DNA of 64,000 nt from the NCBI GenBank assembly GCA_032718475.1, contig JAUCBJ010004109.1:31452-95451 (forward strand). Reading direction: 5' to 3'. The notes beneath the pieces are model-generated. The model ran no database searches and was not told where the DNA came from. It saw only the letters and a program-made list of their open reading frames with translations. This stretch comes from Nemertoderma westbladi (taxonomy: Eukaryota > Animalia > Xenacoelomorpha). Shown piece after piece: positions 1 through 14,116 of this stretch (position 1 is its first letter; each line of letters starts with the position of its first letter). Both the position numbers and the translations under genes were made by a program.

Positions 1-44
1 AGTGATTATTAAAATACTCCTGACAAAAGCCACCACCTCTTTCG

Positions 45-348
45 GCTGGGCGCAGTGGCGAGCGCCTGTAATCCGAGCGACTTGGAGGCCGGGATTGGAG
101 AACCGCTTGAGTTTGGGGCCCCTATCGGGTTCTGTGCTATGTCGATCGAGCGTCCGTGCTAAGCTCGGCGTCAATATGGTTGGCCTGTCGGAGGGCGGGC
201 TGACCAGGTTGTCTAAGGAGGAGTGAACCGGCCCAGGGCGGTGACGCAGCAGGCAAAAGCCCCCACGTTGTGCAGTAGCGGGATAGCGCTTGTGAATAGG
301 CAGGTTCGGTAGCCCAGGCAATAGAGTGGGACGCAATCCTTTTTTTTT
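45..348 (+). ncRNA. RN7SL: 7SL (signal recognition particle) RNA gene
   Basis: Alu-domain 5' end GCTGGGCGCAGTGGCGAGCGCCTGTAATCC; helix 6 with GGAG tetraloop; helix 8 CAGG-GCG-GTGA-CGC-AGCAG (GNRA loop, paired stem); ~300 nt; ends in a T-run Pol III terminator (340-348). Confidence 0.95.
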
Positions 349-3300
349 GCGGGGTGTTTTACGTTTGTTTTTCATCCTACATTGTATTCAGAACAACTGA
401 CCTTTTCGAATTTCCTGGCTGCACGTATCCCAAATATTCTTGATCTACTCTCTTCCACAGTAATCCCATAGAAGTCATTAGATTTATATTTTAAAAAGCC
501 CGCGTAAATAAATATATATATTATTTTATTATCACTTGTAAGCAAATGTCAGTGAAAAAGGTTTAGCCAGTGCCGCGCAATCAACAATATACTACAAATT
601 AAACTACACCGCAAATAAACTATTCCGCAAACGCGTTGCCTCTAGAAATACAGTATTTTGTGGAAGCATTTATTTCAAGCTGTGGGAGAAACAGCCAGCG
701 TATATATCACTCGATAAGAGGCACTGCTGCTGCAAACCTTTCCCTATTTGCCCCCCATTTAATATGATACACCACTGTGAGTATGGCAAGATCTAGACAC
801 TGTCACACCACTCTATATTATGCAGTTGTTAGTTGATAACCATTATGAGTCATAGAATTTGTAGCCAATCATAGTTCACCGTGTTTCTCATATGATATAG
901 GTTGGGAAACGTGGAAAATAGGGGAGGTTTACAGCTCGGAAATGCTTAGGAATATTGATTGTACTATCTTTGTTGTGATATGATGGGTGAAATTCAGTTC
1001 ACGGTGTGGACAGAGTGCATTGTTGGTTGGAATGAATAGTTCAAAGTTCAAACAAATGTTCGAACACAATTAATGAGTGCGAGAAATGAGCTGCACCGAC
1101 CATCTGACATGTTTAAATTTTAATATTCAAATTGTAGGTTAATTATTAAACAGCCGCTTTGGTCTAGTAAGTGTAGATAATCCTGAGAAACCCCGGACGA
1201 AGTAACACTGTTTGGGCTGCAGTGACAGTCTATGAATGCTGCAGGCCTGCTCGATCGATTCAGGGTTTTCTTTGGGAAGACGATGGGAAAGTAGTTTATG
1301 GCACATCACCTATGTGGTGAACAGGCATTGGCTTATAAGCTCTAAAGAGTCCCTCGTTAATAATTTTTAACCTTTAATTACCATACATATATCGGCGTCG
1401 TCACGAGATGATTCGCCTGCCGCGCCGGCTCCTCAACTCAACACCTACTACACACTACACAATGGAGAATACCTGGATTTCAGTTTCCGGTCGAAATTTT
1501 GTAACTGTAAAGTACTTTGCAACAAGTATTTATGAAGTTTTATTCCAAAATTTAAATATTACGAAATGATTGTACATATATTATAAGTGATAGAAGCTGC
1601 ACAAATTAAATTATTTGCTGTATAAATAAATGTAAAAGTGACATAGATTATGATATAAAAAAGTTAGCTTATATTTATGGTGGCGTTTGGAGCCATGTTA
1701 ATGATATAGCTACTCGTTATTAATAGCTATACCCCGCCTATCGGTATGTAATGCAGTAGGTATATCTGGCTGTCAGGCAAATTTCCACCTATTGTTTACG
1801 TGGTACCCAATGACGGCGTTAAGTAATGTCCACTAACGGGACATTACTTAACTGATAACACCAAATACAATACTAAATGTACAGGCCAATACAATGCTGT
1901 AATGTCCTCAAAAGTTGTAAAGTGCTAAATAACAACTCGCTATTAATACTAACGGCGTTGAGTAATGTTACAATTTTGGAATAATAAATAGTAATATAGA
2001 TATATAACAAATAATTTTTTAAATTGACGAAAAATGACATGAGTGCTTTTCCTGACTAAATATGTTTGTAAAATCTCCTATATTTGAGATTGGAACTTGG
2101 AGAGGACGTACTGTAATTACGATTAATAGCAATGCAAAATATATAGTCAAAGCATTATTGTAAATGTAAGATGGCGGTGCAGTGCGGCTGCGGTGCAGTG
2201 CGGACTACGGAGCGTTCCCAAACGTAATCTGTAGGAAAGATCAAGACAGCTATTAGACGTAGTGCACTGCAGTTAGCTCGCCCATTAATCGGAAATAAAC
2301 CCGAAGGTACCAGATGGTTTTAATCTTTGGTTTCCCTATTGTTACACCCACCCATCAGCCTCCAGCCTGGCGCCAGAACAACGCCACGCAATTATCTCGG
2401 CAACAACTTCACTAATACGACGATATATAATATTCGGTAGCTCCGAACCGACTTGCACACAATTCAAATCTAATACCAAAGTGAAAACCCGAGAAGACAA
2501 GATAAGGAATATTGTTGGTTTGATAATCTTTTGTGACTTCTAGAAATCATAAGACAAATGACTACAAAACTGATGTGTTGACAAAAATAATAGGCCTAAT
2601 GAGGGGAATAATTTCTTCGGTTCATTAATTAAGCATTAATAATGTATAATTAATAATATAATTTAATTATATATAATATTATGATTAATAATTAAGTATC
2701 AATTAATTATTACATGTTCACCCCCATGGCTGGTCTTCAGTTACGCTTTTTTCTCGAATAAATTCACAATGTTGCATGTAGGATAAATCGATAAGGTAAC
2801 TGCCGGCTTCCCATAGTGGCTATTGGCTATTAATTATACATATTTACTGAACATTACGTGCAGTACAGTACACGCGTCCCGATTAGTTTGCTTTCTATCT
2901 CCCTTTTGTACTTCCCTTCATTGATTTATTTCTTGCTGGACATCCTGAGAATGCCTTCCATTTTGGGGCGAAGCCGAACCGACCAACTAACAACACAGTG
3001 AAATAATAATAATCATTACTGATTCTATGCAACACTAGCTAGATTAATGTTTCCTCAGAATAAAAATAATAGGCCTACACATAAAAGTGTTTCAATAATG
3101 GAAATGGAGTTGGTGGTAGCAAAGCTAGAAGAGCATGTACCGTACAGCACAATAGATATTAGCTTGATAATTAAAATATAAGAACAAATTCGAATCAGCT
3201 ACTAACAATGTATTTAATCCTAGACCTAAGGGACGGCCCGATAAAAATTTGAAAAAAATTAATTCTAGGGGGTCTACGGGGCCAACGAAGCTTTCCGATT

Positions 3301-4268
3301 GGACGATATTATTTTCGCCTATTACTACGGGAAGGAACGGTTTTAAGTTAAAACATGTACAAGAGATATGGTCGGGAAGCTCGAGCTCTATCCAACGGAA
3401 GCGGTCCCGGGATCGTAAATTAAGAAGTTCTAGAGATATAGAGGAAAATTAACGAATCGTTAAAAAATGCAGTAATTAGCAATTATCGCTAATTAAGAGC
3501 GAATTAATTAATCGAATCTCGAAATTAACAGTGCCAATCGATGGGAAACAACGAGAGGAGCTCGCCAATTTTTTAAATTTTCGAAAAGACCCAGCGGAAG
3601 CCGAGATAAATGGATTTTCGTAAAATCGGGGTCCCGACCACCTAGTCGAATAACGGAGGCGAATCACCACCTTTGGGAAATAGGCGAAAATATACCGAAA
3701 AAGCAAAACGAGCGATATTGATTTAAAATTCGAAACTTTTTGGTCGATACGGGTTCGCTAGTGGACGATATACACTATTTTAGTTAATTTATCCAAAAGG
3801 GTCATTTTTATGATCTTTGATCATGATCTTTATGATCTTTGGCCTAAAGCATGGAATAAGAGTATTTTTATATCTAGTTTTAATTCATACGTTATACGCA
3901 AAGTCTATGGGAACATTTCCAGATATACTTTAAAATTTAGCTTTGAAATTTATATCATTTGTTCACCCAGCCATGCAATGGCTGGGTGAACCACCAAAAT
4001 TTTAAGTGATGATATCCGCAAAGCCTTTAAATACATTATAGGATATAGGGTGGTGGGTGGGGATAGTGATTAGTGTTTATACATATAGTTAGGTAATTAT
4101 TGTATATAAAGCAAGTTGTTATCAAAGGAAATGGATATAGCTTTATGTTACGAAAGTCAATGAATTTAGATTTTCCAAGTTACGAATAATACACTATCGC
4201 CACCTTTTAGCATAGGAGAGCATATATACAACTAGTTTAAATCTATGTACGTGGAATATAGCGGAACA

Positions 4269-6159
4269 CTACTAGGATCGGCATGCTGCATTGCAGCTGC
4301 ATTTTTAAGAATGCTGTGCCGGCTTGTCAACAAAATTGCACCGCCACAACTCCCTATCACCCATGACATTTGCTAGATCATCCGCATCTTTAAGGCCAGT
4401 GTCCTTTAAGATGCGTTTCAAGAAAGTCATGGGCTGTCCACCATGCTTATTCACTCCATGAGGCTGCCAAAGTACAAGATTATGCACTGGCTGGTCCTCA
4501 CGGCGAAAGCAATGTCCTGCAAAGCGGAGGCGATTTTGTTCTAGTGTCAAGCTTGGGGGAACCAATGAGACACCTCCAATGTTATATAGTGTCTGGTTGG
4601 AGATGTGTGCATTGTACTTGACACAATGAACCCGGCGTAGCATTCTTGTGAATGTGCCATCCAGAGATTTGGTGTCCTCAGCAGTTAGAGCCCAGCATGG
4701 ACTCCCGTAGAGGAGTACTGGAACTACTGCTGCTCTAAATAATCGGACCTTAAGTTTCCGATTAATTCTCGGTGACTTCCAAATCCTGGAAAGCCTATTC
4801 AAGGCTGCCCATGCCTTTCCCTTACGTATTCGAAGGTCCTCACCTGACTTCCGGATCCATGATCCCAGGTAACAGAAGTCGTCCACATGCTCAAGCATAC
4901 CATCCTTTGAGCTTATGCTCATCCGATCAGAGACTTGCTGAGGACTTTCAAAGTTAACTGTCAGAATTTTGGTCTTTCTGGAGTTAATAAAAAGACCAAC
5001 ACTAGAAGCAGCATGTTCTAATGAGCTGAGGAGCCGTTGGGCTCCCTCTAATGATTCTGAGAGTACTCCTAAGTCATCAGCAAAGTCTAGATCAGTTAGG
5101 TACTTGGCAGGATTTCCTCGACTTCTGGAGCCAGTAGGTGGAGTTATCATCACCCCATCATCATTATGATGATCTAAGGACATGCGTAGAACATAGTCAA
5201 CCACAATAATGAACAAGAATGGTGCAAGTGTGTCTCCTTGGAGGACGCCCCATAACACTTCAAATGGTTCTGTGTCACCGTCAACAGTAGACACAAATGT
5301 TGTCGAACCATCGTATACTGATCTGATTGCTGCAATAATTTCATCAGGAATCCCATATAATGAAAGTATGCAGAACATACGTGAGCGAGAGACTGAATCA
5401 AAGGCCTTGAAGAAGTCAACAAAGATAACAGCCAGATGCCTGTCTTTCTTTTTTGATAATTCTTCAATTATCCTTCTAAGTGCCAAAATGGGCTCCATGG
5501 TCCCACGACCCTTACGGAACCCATTCTGATTTCCACGGAGCAGTCTCTCAATGGGATCCCTGATGCGATTTAATAGAATCCTATTGTATAGCTTTGCAGC
5601 AATCGAGATCAATGAGATTCCCCGAAAAGAACCATAGAGTGTTAGGTTGCCCTTCTTGGGAACTGGCACCAACTTATTTGTTTTCATTTCTTGTGGGACT
5701 CTTGTTGTACGGTACATGTCTACTATGATGGGATAGATGAGCTTTAAACATTCAGGTATTTTAAAGACCTCAGGGGGAACACCATCTACTCCACTGGCAC
5801 GATTGGTCTTAATGCTCTTTGCAGCAGCCTTCACTTCTGCAAAGGAGATATCACCAATGGGAATATCTGGGAGTACAGACTCAGACACCTTTACTTCTAT
5901 AAAGTTATCAGGCAATACCCTGTCATTATTGAGGAGCTTTTCAAAGTGGGCTTTCCAACCATTGAGGCGATCGGCTGGTGATTCAGCCTTGACCTTGGTG
6001 GTTGGTTGGCTTTTCCGCCCAGTAAGCAGATTGATCGATTTCCATGCCTGGGATGATTGCCTGCTGTCGTCAGCATCATTGATGGCATCAACCTGTCGGT
6101 TTATTTGCTCCTGTAGATTAACAGAGTACTGCCTGTTCAGGGACCTAGATGCAGCCTTG
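4269..6159 (-). mobile_element. 5'-truncated RTE-like non-LTR retrotransposon
   Basis: RT ORF; short (TAG)n-like 3' tail shared with the copy near 60875; 11-bp TSD ATAGCGGAACA at 4258-4268 and 6160-6170. Confidence 0.9.
4305..6159 (-). CDS. Reverse transcriptase of RTE-like LINE (partial, no endonuclease domain)
   Basis: Motifs QNGFRKGRGT, FVDFFKAFDSV, GVLQGDTLAPFLF, LDFADD, YLGS, RFAGHCFRR. The frame stays open upstream of the 5915 ORF start to the truncation point. Confidence 0.9.
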
Positions 6160-8882
6160 ATAGCGGAACAACTATGTACGAGATACTTCTTTGACTAATA
6201 GAACAATTACTATAGCTCTTTAAACTAATTCTAGAACTATATCTACCTACTAAAAAAACAGTTAAATATAAATATTAACAACGCCTAATTAATAATAAAT
6301 CAATAATGATGAAGAATAAATGATAAAAAAACACATATCTCTGGACCTAAGGGACAAAGTAAAATTATTTACTTTTCATTCATACCGGACATCGTAAACT
6401 CACTTTGCTTTAGATTTAAACTCACTTTGCTCTAGATTTTCTGATAATGAATGGCATTGCCATGCTCGTCTCTAATAGATTGAGTGGGTCTATCGAGTGC
6501 GTTAAGTGATGACAGACTGACTGACCTTCAGATTTAGTTAAAACCTCAACACAAAGTGAATCTGCAGTGGTTTATTATATAGAACCTTTTGAACTGTTGG
6601 TTCCAGAATCTGAAAAATAATAAAAATTATACAGTAATTCGTTGGTAAGATACATGGTGAGATACGCTGGTAAATATATTTCGGATAGGAAGTGGGGGGA
6701 GGGGGGGGCGGGTGGTGACGCATTAAAAGATAATACAGTAGGTAGCCTACTTGTAATGGGAAATTGACACAATGATTGTCAGTTTGTCGTGCGTTATTAG
6801 ATTGGGTAAGATCAATTATTGTTATTGATCATAATTGAAAATATTAATCACTACTGCGTATCGTACTATCGATATCGTACTATCAATAGTAATCGGACTT
6901 ACGTTACTTGCTATCCACTGATATGCCATCACAACAGCCTGATCAAATATAATTCAGATTTTCCTAAACATGGTGAGTACTCTGTACCATTAATAATTAC
7001 GGTACTGTATAACGAACACTCAATCTGAATATGGTTAGATTCTCAATGAGTTGAATCAGTACAGTAGAATTAATAATAGACCACGGTTCCACTGGAAAAA
7101 TGTTTGTATTGACTTTATATAACTGCTATACCACTTTACGGAACTATATCCTATTCGCAGTAGTTATAAACTAGGCCTACATATAGTAAGTAGGATCCAC
7201 AGTTGCTTCGGCATATTAGAGGGGGGTCCTACGTACGTTTATTATCAGTGCACAAGGAAGAGAGAGAGTATATATATTTCCCCAGCTCTTTAATGATCTA
7301 CCTTAAATGGCAGACAGGGCCGATGTTGTTGGCTAGCTGTCCAATAAAACCCTTGAAGGCGCGAATACTTCCCATATGCCTACCAATACATATAAATAAA
7401 TATACAGTAGGCCTACTGTATAAACTTGTCCTGAAACCCTAAATCTTAGAAATTTCGTGAAATTTCTTAGATTACAGTCTTAGCCTTATGACTTAGGGAT
7501 AGGGTTACATGACACTTTTAATAAGGGTTTGCCCCTGACCAAAAAAACAAACAATTAAATCCAAGTTAGTGCTGGCTAGGCCTACTGCAGTACAGTACTG
7601 CATTATTACTGTACTTAGGTCTATAGGGAGGAGGGGGGGGGGGGGTGGCATTCCGCGCGGCGGGACATATTCGCCAAGGACACCGGTATTACTTATTATA
7701 ATACCGGATGAAATATCACTGTAATTAAATTATTCAGGATTCGTTGTATTGCGCGAGCGTGAATGAATGTCTCGTATAGTCTTGAAAGAAGGCTCCGCCA
7801 GCGCTCCGCTCACATATTTTACCTGTGCGGATATTTGTGTTTATCTGTAGGCCTACTTTGATATACCGGTTCTGTGTTTTTAGTTTGACTGTAATCAGAG
7901 TCTGTTTGTATATTTATCACTTCTGTGCTTGTATAACCCAAGGATCCACAGTCTGCTGTTTAGGCACATTATTGTTATGTTTTATTATTAATATACTGTC
8001 GCTCGCTTAACTCTAGCTTTGATTGGCCTTAACGAAACTACAACAGTTACAGTAAAAAAAGTAAAGTTTGTTATATATATTATATTATTACTCACAGTAT
8101 ATAGAATTTTAGAGAATATTATTTAACAATATAAAAATTCCGTGATCTACATATTATAGAAACAATAAGCTACTGATTTGTATTACATGCAAGGCACCCT
8201 AAATAACACTTTTTGTATATTGTACTTTAGTGTTGATACTTTATGGTCTTGAAAAAATTCAAAACTTTGGCTTGCCTGCGTATTTTTGGAGGGAACCCAC
8301 AGGATGTATCGGGGACTGATATAAGAAAAATTGCTAAATCTTCGTTATTATCTGCCCGCTGCGAATATTTCGGCCTCCTTTTTTTTATCGTTATACAGTA
8401 TGTTTAAATTATCACCACCTTTTCTCAAAATTTCGCTGCCTCACTTAAATAATAATACTTTTCGTTTCAATCATCGTACCATCAAAATAGTACAACCGAG
8501 ATATCTGAAATAAGTACGGACAACAGAGTTTCATCATATCACTAATCAAACTTTGGAATAATTTACCCCAAAAAGGAATCAAAAATTATAATTTCAACTC
8601 ATTTAAATCAAAATTAAGCGAAATAAAATTAACTCGTTACGCGCGCAAAGAGGTGACGTAGCTGATCGTACATTTTAAAATTAATATTTTGTGCCACTGT
8701 CTACTAATTTCCCTATAGTTTGTAAACGAATTTCCATTATATTGGGTTTATTGTAGGTGTCTGAGTAGGCCCTACCTGTATTTCTTTGTACTGTATATTT
8801 CCTAGCTATTTTAAGGTACACTGTATTTTGATGTCGACTGCGGCCTAGCCGCTGTTCCCCCTGACGTTTATTCATAACCATC

Positions 8883-10175
8883 GGATCTAGGACACTTCCC
8901 CCCCGGACACTTCCCCCCCGCCCAAGTAGGACACTTCCCCCCCGCCCAAGTAGGACACTTCCCCCCCGGACACTTCCCCCCCGGACACTTCCCCCCCGGA
9001 CACTTCCCCCCCGCCCAAGTAGGACACTTCCCCCCCGCCCAAGTAGGACACTTCCCCCCCGGACACTTCCCCCCCGGACACTTGCCCCCCGGACACTTCC
9101 CCCCCAGTTAAAGTGTTAAAATTAATCTGGGTGCATCAAAGCAATAAACAAAAGTTAAAGATGGTTACAGGACAACTTGTATCTAGACAAGTTTTTTCAA
9201 AATTATAAAAGAAACATTTTTATAGTCAAATTTTGTTTGTTTTTCTTTTAATTCCTTTAATTCTTTTAATTTCTTTTAATTGGGGACTGCCGCCCCCAAA
9301 CCCCCGCTTCTTTTCTTGGGGGCTGCCGCCCCCAAACCCCCGCTTCTTTTCTTGGGGGTTATCGCCCCCAGACCCCGGCATTTCCCTGAGTGCCCGTGGT
9401 GAAAAACTTAAGACCACTTTGAAATAATTAATTCATGTTTGTATCATCAGATAATAAATTGACTAAGCCTAAAGTAGGAGCTGTATTGAATGTTAACCAA
9501 TTTAATATATAAATTACTACAATATTATATAAATCAACAAAATCCTATTAAAAATATTGCATGTAACCAGGAAATTTAATATATAGTGTGTATAATATCT
9601 ATATAGTACTGTATGTATAGTAGTAATATGTATATCAATATGTAATGCTGAACACAGAATACAGGTCGACGCATGTCGATTTTACCCTGGAGAGGTATAA
9701 TTTTGATTGCAACAATAATATTCATCCCCATCTGCTACAATTTGAAGAAGACTATTACATAATAATACCTATTAATAATTAAAACAATTAATTATTATAA
9801 TTCTATAGTTAATAAAAACAGTATATCATTCCGGGTATGGAATTTATAGGTCATCTAATATAATTAATTGTTTAAAGATTAGCAAACAATACGATGTAAT
9901 TGCATTGATAAAACCCATAAATAAAACTTGGATATAAAATGTTAAATCGGGATGCAAAAGATCACTTTCTGAGCTACGAAAGGAAAATTGGATACAACTT
10001 ATCTGGATACAAGCGGTCCGTTTACCTTACAAAATGAAAATTACGAATGTGCGAAGTTAAGAACAGTCGGGGGGGGAGTGTCCGCGGGGGGGAATTGTCT
10101 GGGGGGAAGTGTCCGGGGGGGAAGTGTCCTACTTGAGCGGGGGGGAACTGTCCGGGGGGGAAGTGTCCGAACACC
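8883..10175. mobile_element. Non-autonomous Mutator-like (MULE) element with subterminal tandem repeats
   Basis: 9-bp TSD ATAACCATC (8874-8882, 10176-10184); GG...CC termini; GGACACTTCCCCCC repeats on the left arm and their inverse on the right; internal 33-bp repeat x3 near 9280-9380. Confidence 0.85.
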
Positions 10176-11610
10176 ATAACCATCAGCTAGGGTTGTTGCT
10201 GTCTTCTGGGGCTGCCTCGTGCAATTATATTTTGTTCTATTGTTCTGTTTTTTTTTGTTCTATTCTATTTGGTTTTGTTTTACAGGCGATGACTCGTAAT
10301 ACTAAATACTGTATAATTTGAAAAATATGGCAATTCTTTAGTTAGTGGCAATATATTTATTAAATATAATACAGTATATATTTATTCAACAATATATTTA
10401 TTCAGTGATCTACTTATAAAACAAGTAAAAAAATGATTTAAATTATTTATGTAAGAACGACAATCTGTTTATTTACCTACATACTGTAATATACTTTATA
10501 ACCCCCCAACAGTATATAACTTTGAAGATAGGCATGTTTTTCTACTATATTGTACTGTACCTACCCCCCCCCCCCCCCTCCCTATATTTAATACTACAGT
10601 ATTTTGTTGTATATTGTGAGATTTTCGACAATATTTATTCGGTAATCTATAAAACAATAAGTATATCATTTGTGGTAAATAAATAAGTATTATTATTATC
10701 TATGTATTATCAATCTAAAGATTGAATTTGTCATTGACAATTATTATTAATAACACGTCAACGGTAATAATAAAATAATGAATTATAATTTATAATAATT
10801 ATTCAACTGACATGATAACACAAGTTTTCGGTGTAATCACACTTTTAGTTGTGTTGAATTCCTTTGGAAAAACTTTTTATGGTATTTAAAATAAAATTGA
10901 GAAAAAATATGTATATTTACAAGGCCCTGCAGTAATATTATTAATAATACAATATCATTTAACCTAGACTCTGTAGGCCGAACAATATTAGCTGTGATAT
11001 AAGAACATTGTCTTACCTCAACAGGATCATAATAAACATTAAACAGATGAACTGGAATATTGGTGCGCCGTAAAAACAACAACAACAAACGATTATAAAT
11101 AATTATTGTAAAAATGAATCAAAACATAAATAAATAATATTGGACACAAAAGCAATAATTAATTGGGTTGGCTGGAATATGTCATTGCAACACAACGGTG
11201 GGATTCTGGCTATTATTGACATCTGTGGCCTATTGTACTGCCTGACCAACAACAACCCACATAACGTTTGTGAATTTATAATGGTGGAATTATTAATTCC
11301 ATTGTCATCAAGTCATAGGGAGGAGGCCTGTAACTTAGTCAGAGTCATAAAGCCTTTTACCCCATCTGTAGGCCTACAGTAGGCCTATAACTACAGTAAC
11401 TACGTTGCAAAAAAATGGATGTAGGGCCTACAGTAAAAATATACAGGTACAATTATAAATATATTTATCTTTATAGAAAACCAATTCATTCATTTCTATT
11501 AAATAATTCATTTTCTTTGTAGTAAATTCTACGGAGGAAATGTCGGGATGAACGCATATAGACGGCGGCAGAGAGGAAAATGGTGGCATAAATATTAATA
11601 ATGGTGAACT

Positions 11611-12315
11611 GGTATTGGTGAAAAATATCGAGACTTGAAAAATATCGCGAATAAAAATACCGCGAGTAAAAATATCGCGAATAAAAAATATCGAGAGTAA
11701 AAATATCGAGAGTAAAAATATCGAGAGTAAAAATATCGAGAGTAAAATATCGAGAGTAAAAATATTGCGATTAAAAAATATCGAGAGTAAAAATATCGAA
11801 TACATTTTTATGGTAGCTAATGTTTTACAAACCACACCTATAGCTATAAAACAAATTATTTTTTTTAAATAAGACGTTGTTTATTTTATTTTCACTATGG
11901 TATTATAAAGTTTCCTAGCATTTTCATTGTAGCTACATAGAGTTTTTACATAAACAATGTTTATTAGTGTTTTCATTGTAGCTTTTGATAGTAAGATGGT
12001 AGCTAGCAAATAATTATATTACCGTGTAAATAAAACACATAAATGGGTAAATCCCAAATGGCGGGAAATTCAAACCGATATTGGTATATGGTATTTCAGT
12101 CTGCGTGTGGTTTATTGTAGCTAGTGTTTTCGTTGGTAGCTACTGTACTCTAGTGTTTCATTCCAAAAATTATAGCTAATTTTACTTGCGTTATTTTTAC
12201 TATCGATATTTTTACTCTCGATATTTTTACTCTCGATATTTTTACTCTCGATATTTTTACTCTCGATATTTTTACTCGCGATATTTTTCATGTCTCGATA
12301 TTTTTCAATATAACC
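11611..12315. mobile_element. MITE with inverted arms of 15-bp AAAAATATCGAGAGT repeats (MULE-like)
   Basis: Imperfect TIR GGTATTGGTGAAAAATATCGAGAC / GTCTCGATATTTTTCAATATAACC; repeats are inverted between the two arms; no clean TSD. Confidence 0.7.
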
Positions 12316-13256
12316 ATTAAACTCGGTTTAAGGTTAGCGTTACATAAAGTTAGGCGTTAAAGTTACCTATAAGATTAGGCGTTACTAGAGTTACATAACC
12401 CAGTGAAAATGCGCATGCGTCCCGCAAGTGATATTAAAGCGTCATGCGTTTTTATTATGGCTCATTAAATACTCTAGCGTTAAAACTCTTGTGATTCGCA
12501 TGTTAAAAATACGGACGCGATTCCGCGCATGTGATTCACACCATATTTCACGCATATTTTACACCATGATTCCAGTAAATTCCCTTGTGAATCGCATGTT
12601 TTTAATTACACTAAAGATTATAATTAAAATAAAGTTGCCTATTAAGAAACAAATTTATTTAAAATATAAAATTGGTGAATATGAATTATCTAATATGGCT
12701 GTCAAATACAGATATTATATTAATATAATTTATAGAATTGAAAATTATAGGGAATAGTTAAAAGTGTAGGCCTATCATGGTTATACTAATATGTTTGTAT
12801 TATCCTGTATATAACCAACAATTTCTAGTTTTGATTCATACAGATATCTAATAATGTTCTATGTCTAGAGAGTGTAATGTAATGTAATTACCGTAGGCAG
12901 ATGGTATGGTAGCCCATAGTATCAAACAGTTAGTAATGGAATAATCAACTACAGAAGGCCATCCTATCATATTTTATGTCCCTAGACAGTTTCAGTATTA
13001 TTATAAAATTACACAAATATCACAACCAACAGATTTTTGCGATATTTTTGCGTCGTAACGCATGTAAGTCGCAAGTGAACCACAGGCTTTAGGCACCTGA
13101 ACGCAAGTTGTTGCGATATTTATGCGACTGAACTCAAGTTGTTGCGATATCTATGTAACATAACTTAAGTAGTGCGTTTCGTAAAGGGTCGGCCATAACT
13201 CTTGAGAATCAGAACAATTACGCTTGCTATACGTTTGCGCACTTTTAGCTAGAAAA

Positions 13257-14116
13257 GTTAGGCGGTAGGGTTACATAATCAAATGTTAGGCGATAGGGTT
13301 ACATAATCAAATGTTAGGCGATAGGGTTACATAATCAAATGTTAGGCGATACGGTTACATAAGATTAGTCTTAGGATTACATAAGATTAGTCTTAGGGTT
13401 ACATAAGATTACGCGTTACCTACTGTAACATTAGGCGTTAGGGTTACATAATGTTAGGCGTTAGTGTTACATAATGGTATGCGTTAGGGTTACATAAGGT
13501 TTGGCGTTATGGTTAAATAAGGTTATTTGTTTGGGTTCCGTAAAATTAGTCTTAGGGTTACATACGATTAGGCGTTACCTACTGTAACGTTGGGCGTTGG
13601 GGTTATATAAGGTTAAGCGCTAGGGTTAATTAAGGTTAGGCTTTAGGGTTACATAAGGTTAGGCGTTAGTATTACATAAGGGTAGGCGTTAGTGTTACAT
13701 TAGGGTGGGCGTTAGCGTTTCATAAGTTTGGGCGTTAGGGTTACATAAGGATAGGCGTTATGGTTACATAAAGTTAGGCGTTATGTTTACATAAAGTTAG
13801 GCGATAGGGTTACAATAAGTTAGTCGTTACATAAAGGTAGGCGTTAGGGTTACAAAAGGTTAGACGTTATGGATACATAATGTTAGGCGTTAGGATTACA
13901 TAAAGTTCGGCGCTATGGTTACATAAAGTATAAAGCGTTATGGTCACATAAAGTTAGGCGTTAGGGTTACATAAAGTTAGGCGTTAGAGTTACATAAAGG
14001 TAGTAGTTCGGGTTATAAAAGTTTACGCGTTATGGTTACATAAAGTTAGGCGTTGGAGTTACATACTTTTAGGGTTACATAAAGTTAGGCGTTAGAGTTA
14101 CATACTTTTAGGGTTA
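13257..14116 (+). repeat. ~22-bp degenerate minisatellite (GTTAGGCGTTAGGGTTACATAA) with telomere-like hexamers
   Basis: Tandem units containing TTAGGC and TTAGGG; a short related patch at 12327-12398. Confidence 0.85.

Noticed and set aside
2-226. 74-aa ORF
   Set aside because: Overlaps the 7SL RNA gene; no coding evidence.
1181-1345. Possible two-hairpin (H/ACA-like) ncRNA
   Set aside because: Pairing is imperfect, there is no correctly placed ACA box, and no recognisable family motifs.
2324-2425. HDV-ribozyme-like CAGCCTCCAGCCTGGCGCC
   Set aside because: Lacks the G1 pair, the P1.1 GG, G25 and a P2 3' partner.
3223-6355. 12-bp direct repeat GACCTAAGGGAC as a TSD
   Set aside because: Does not match the LINE boundaries, which have their own TSD.
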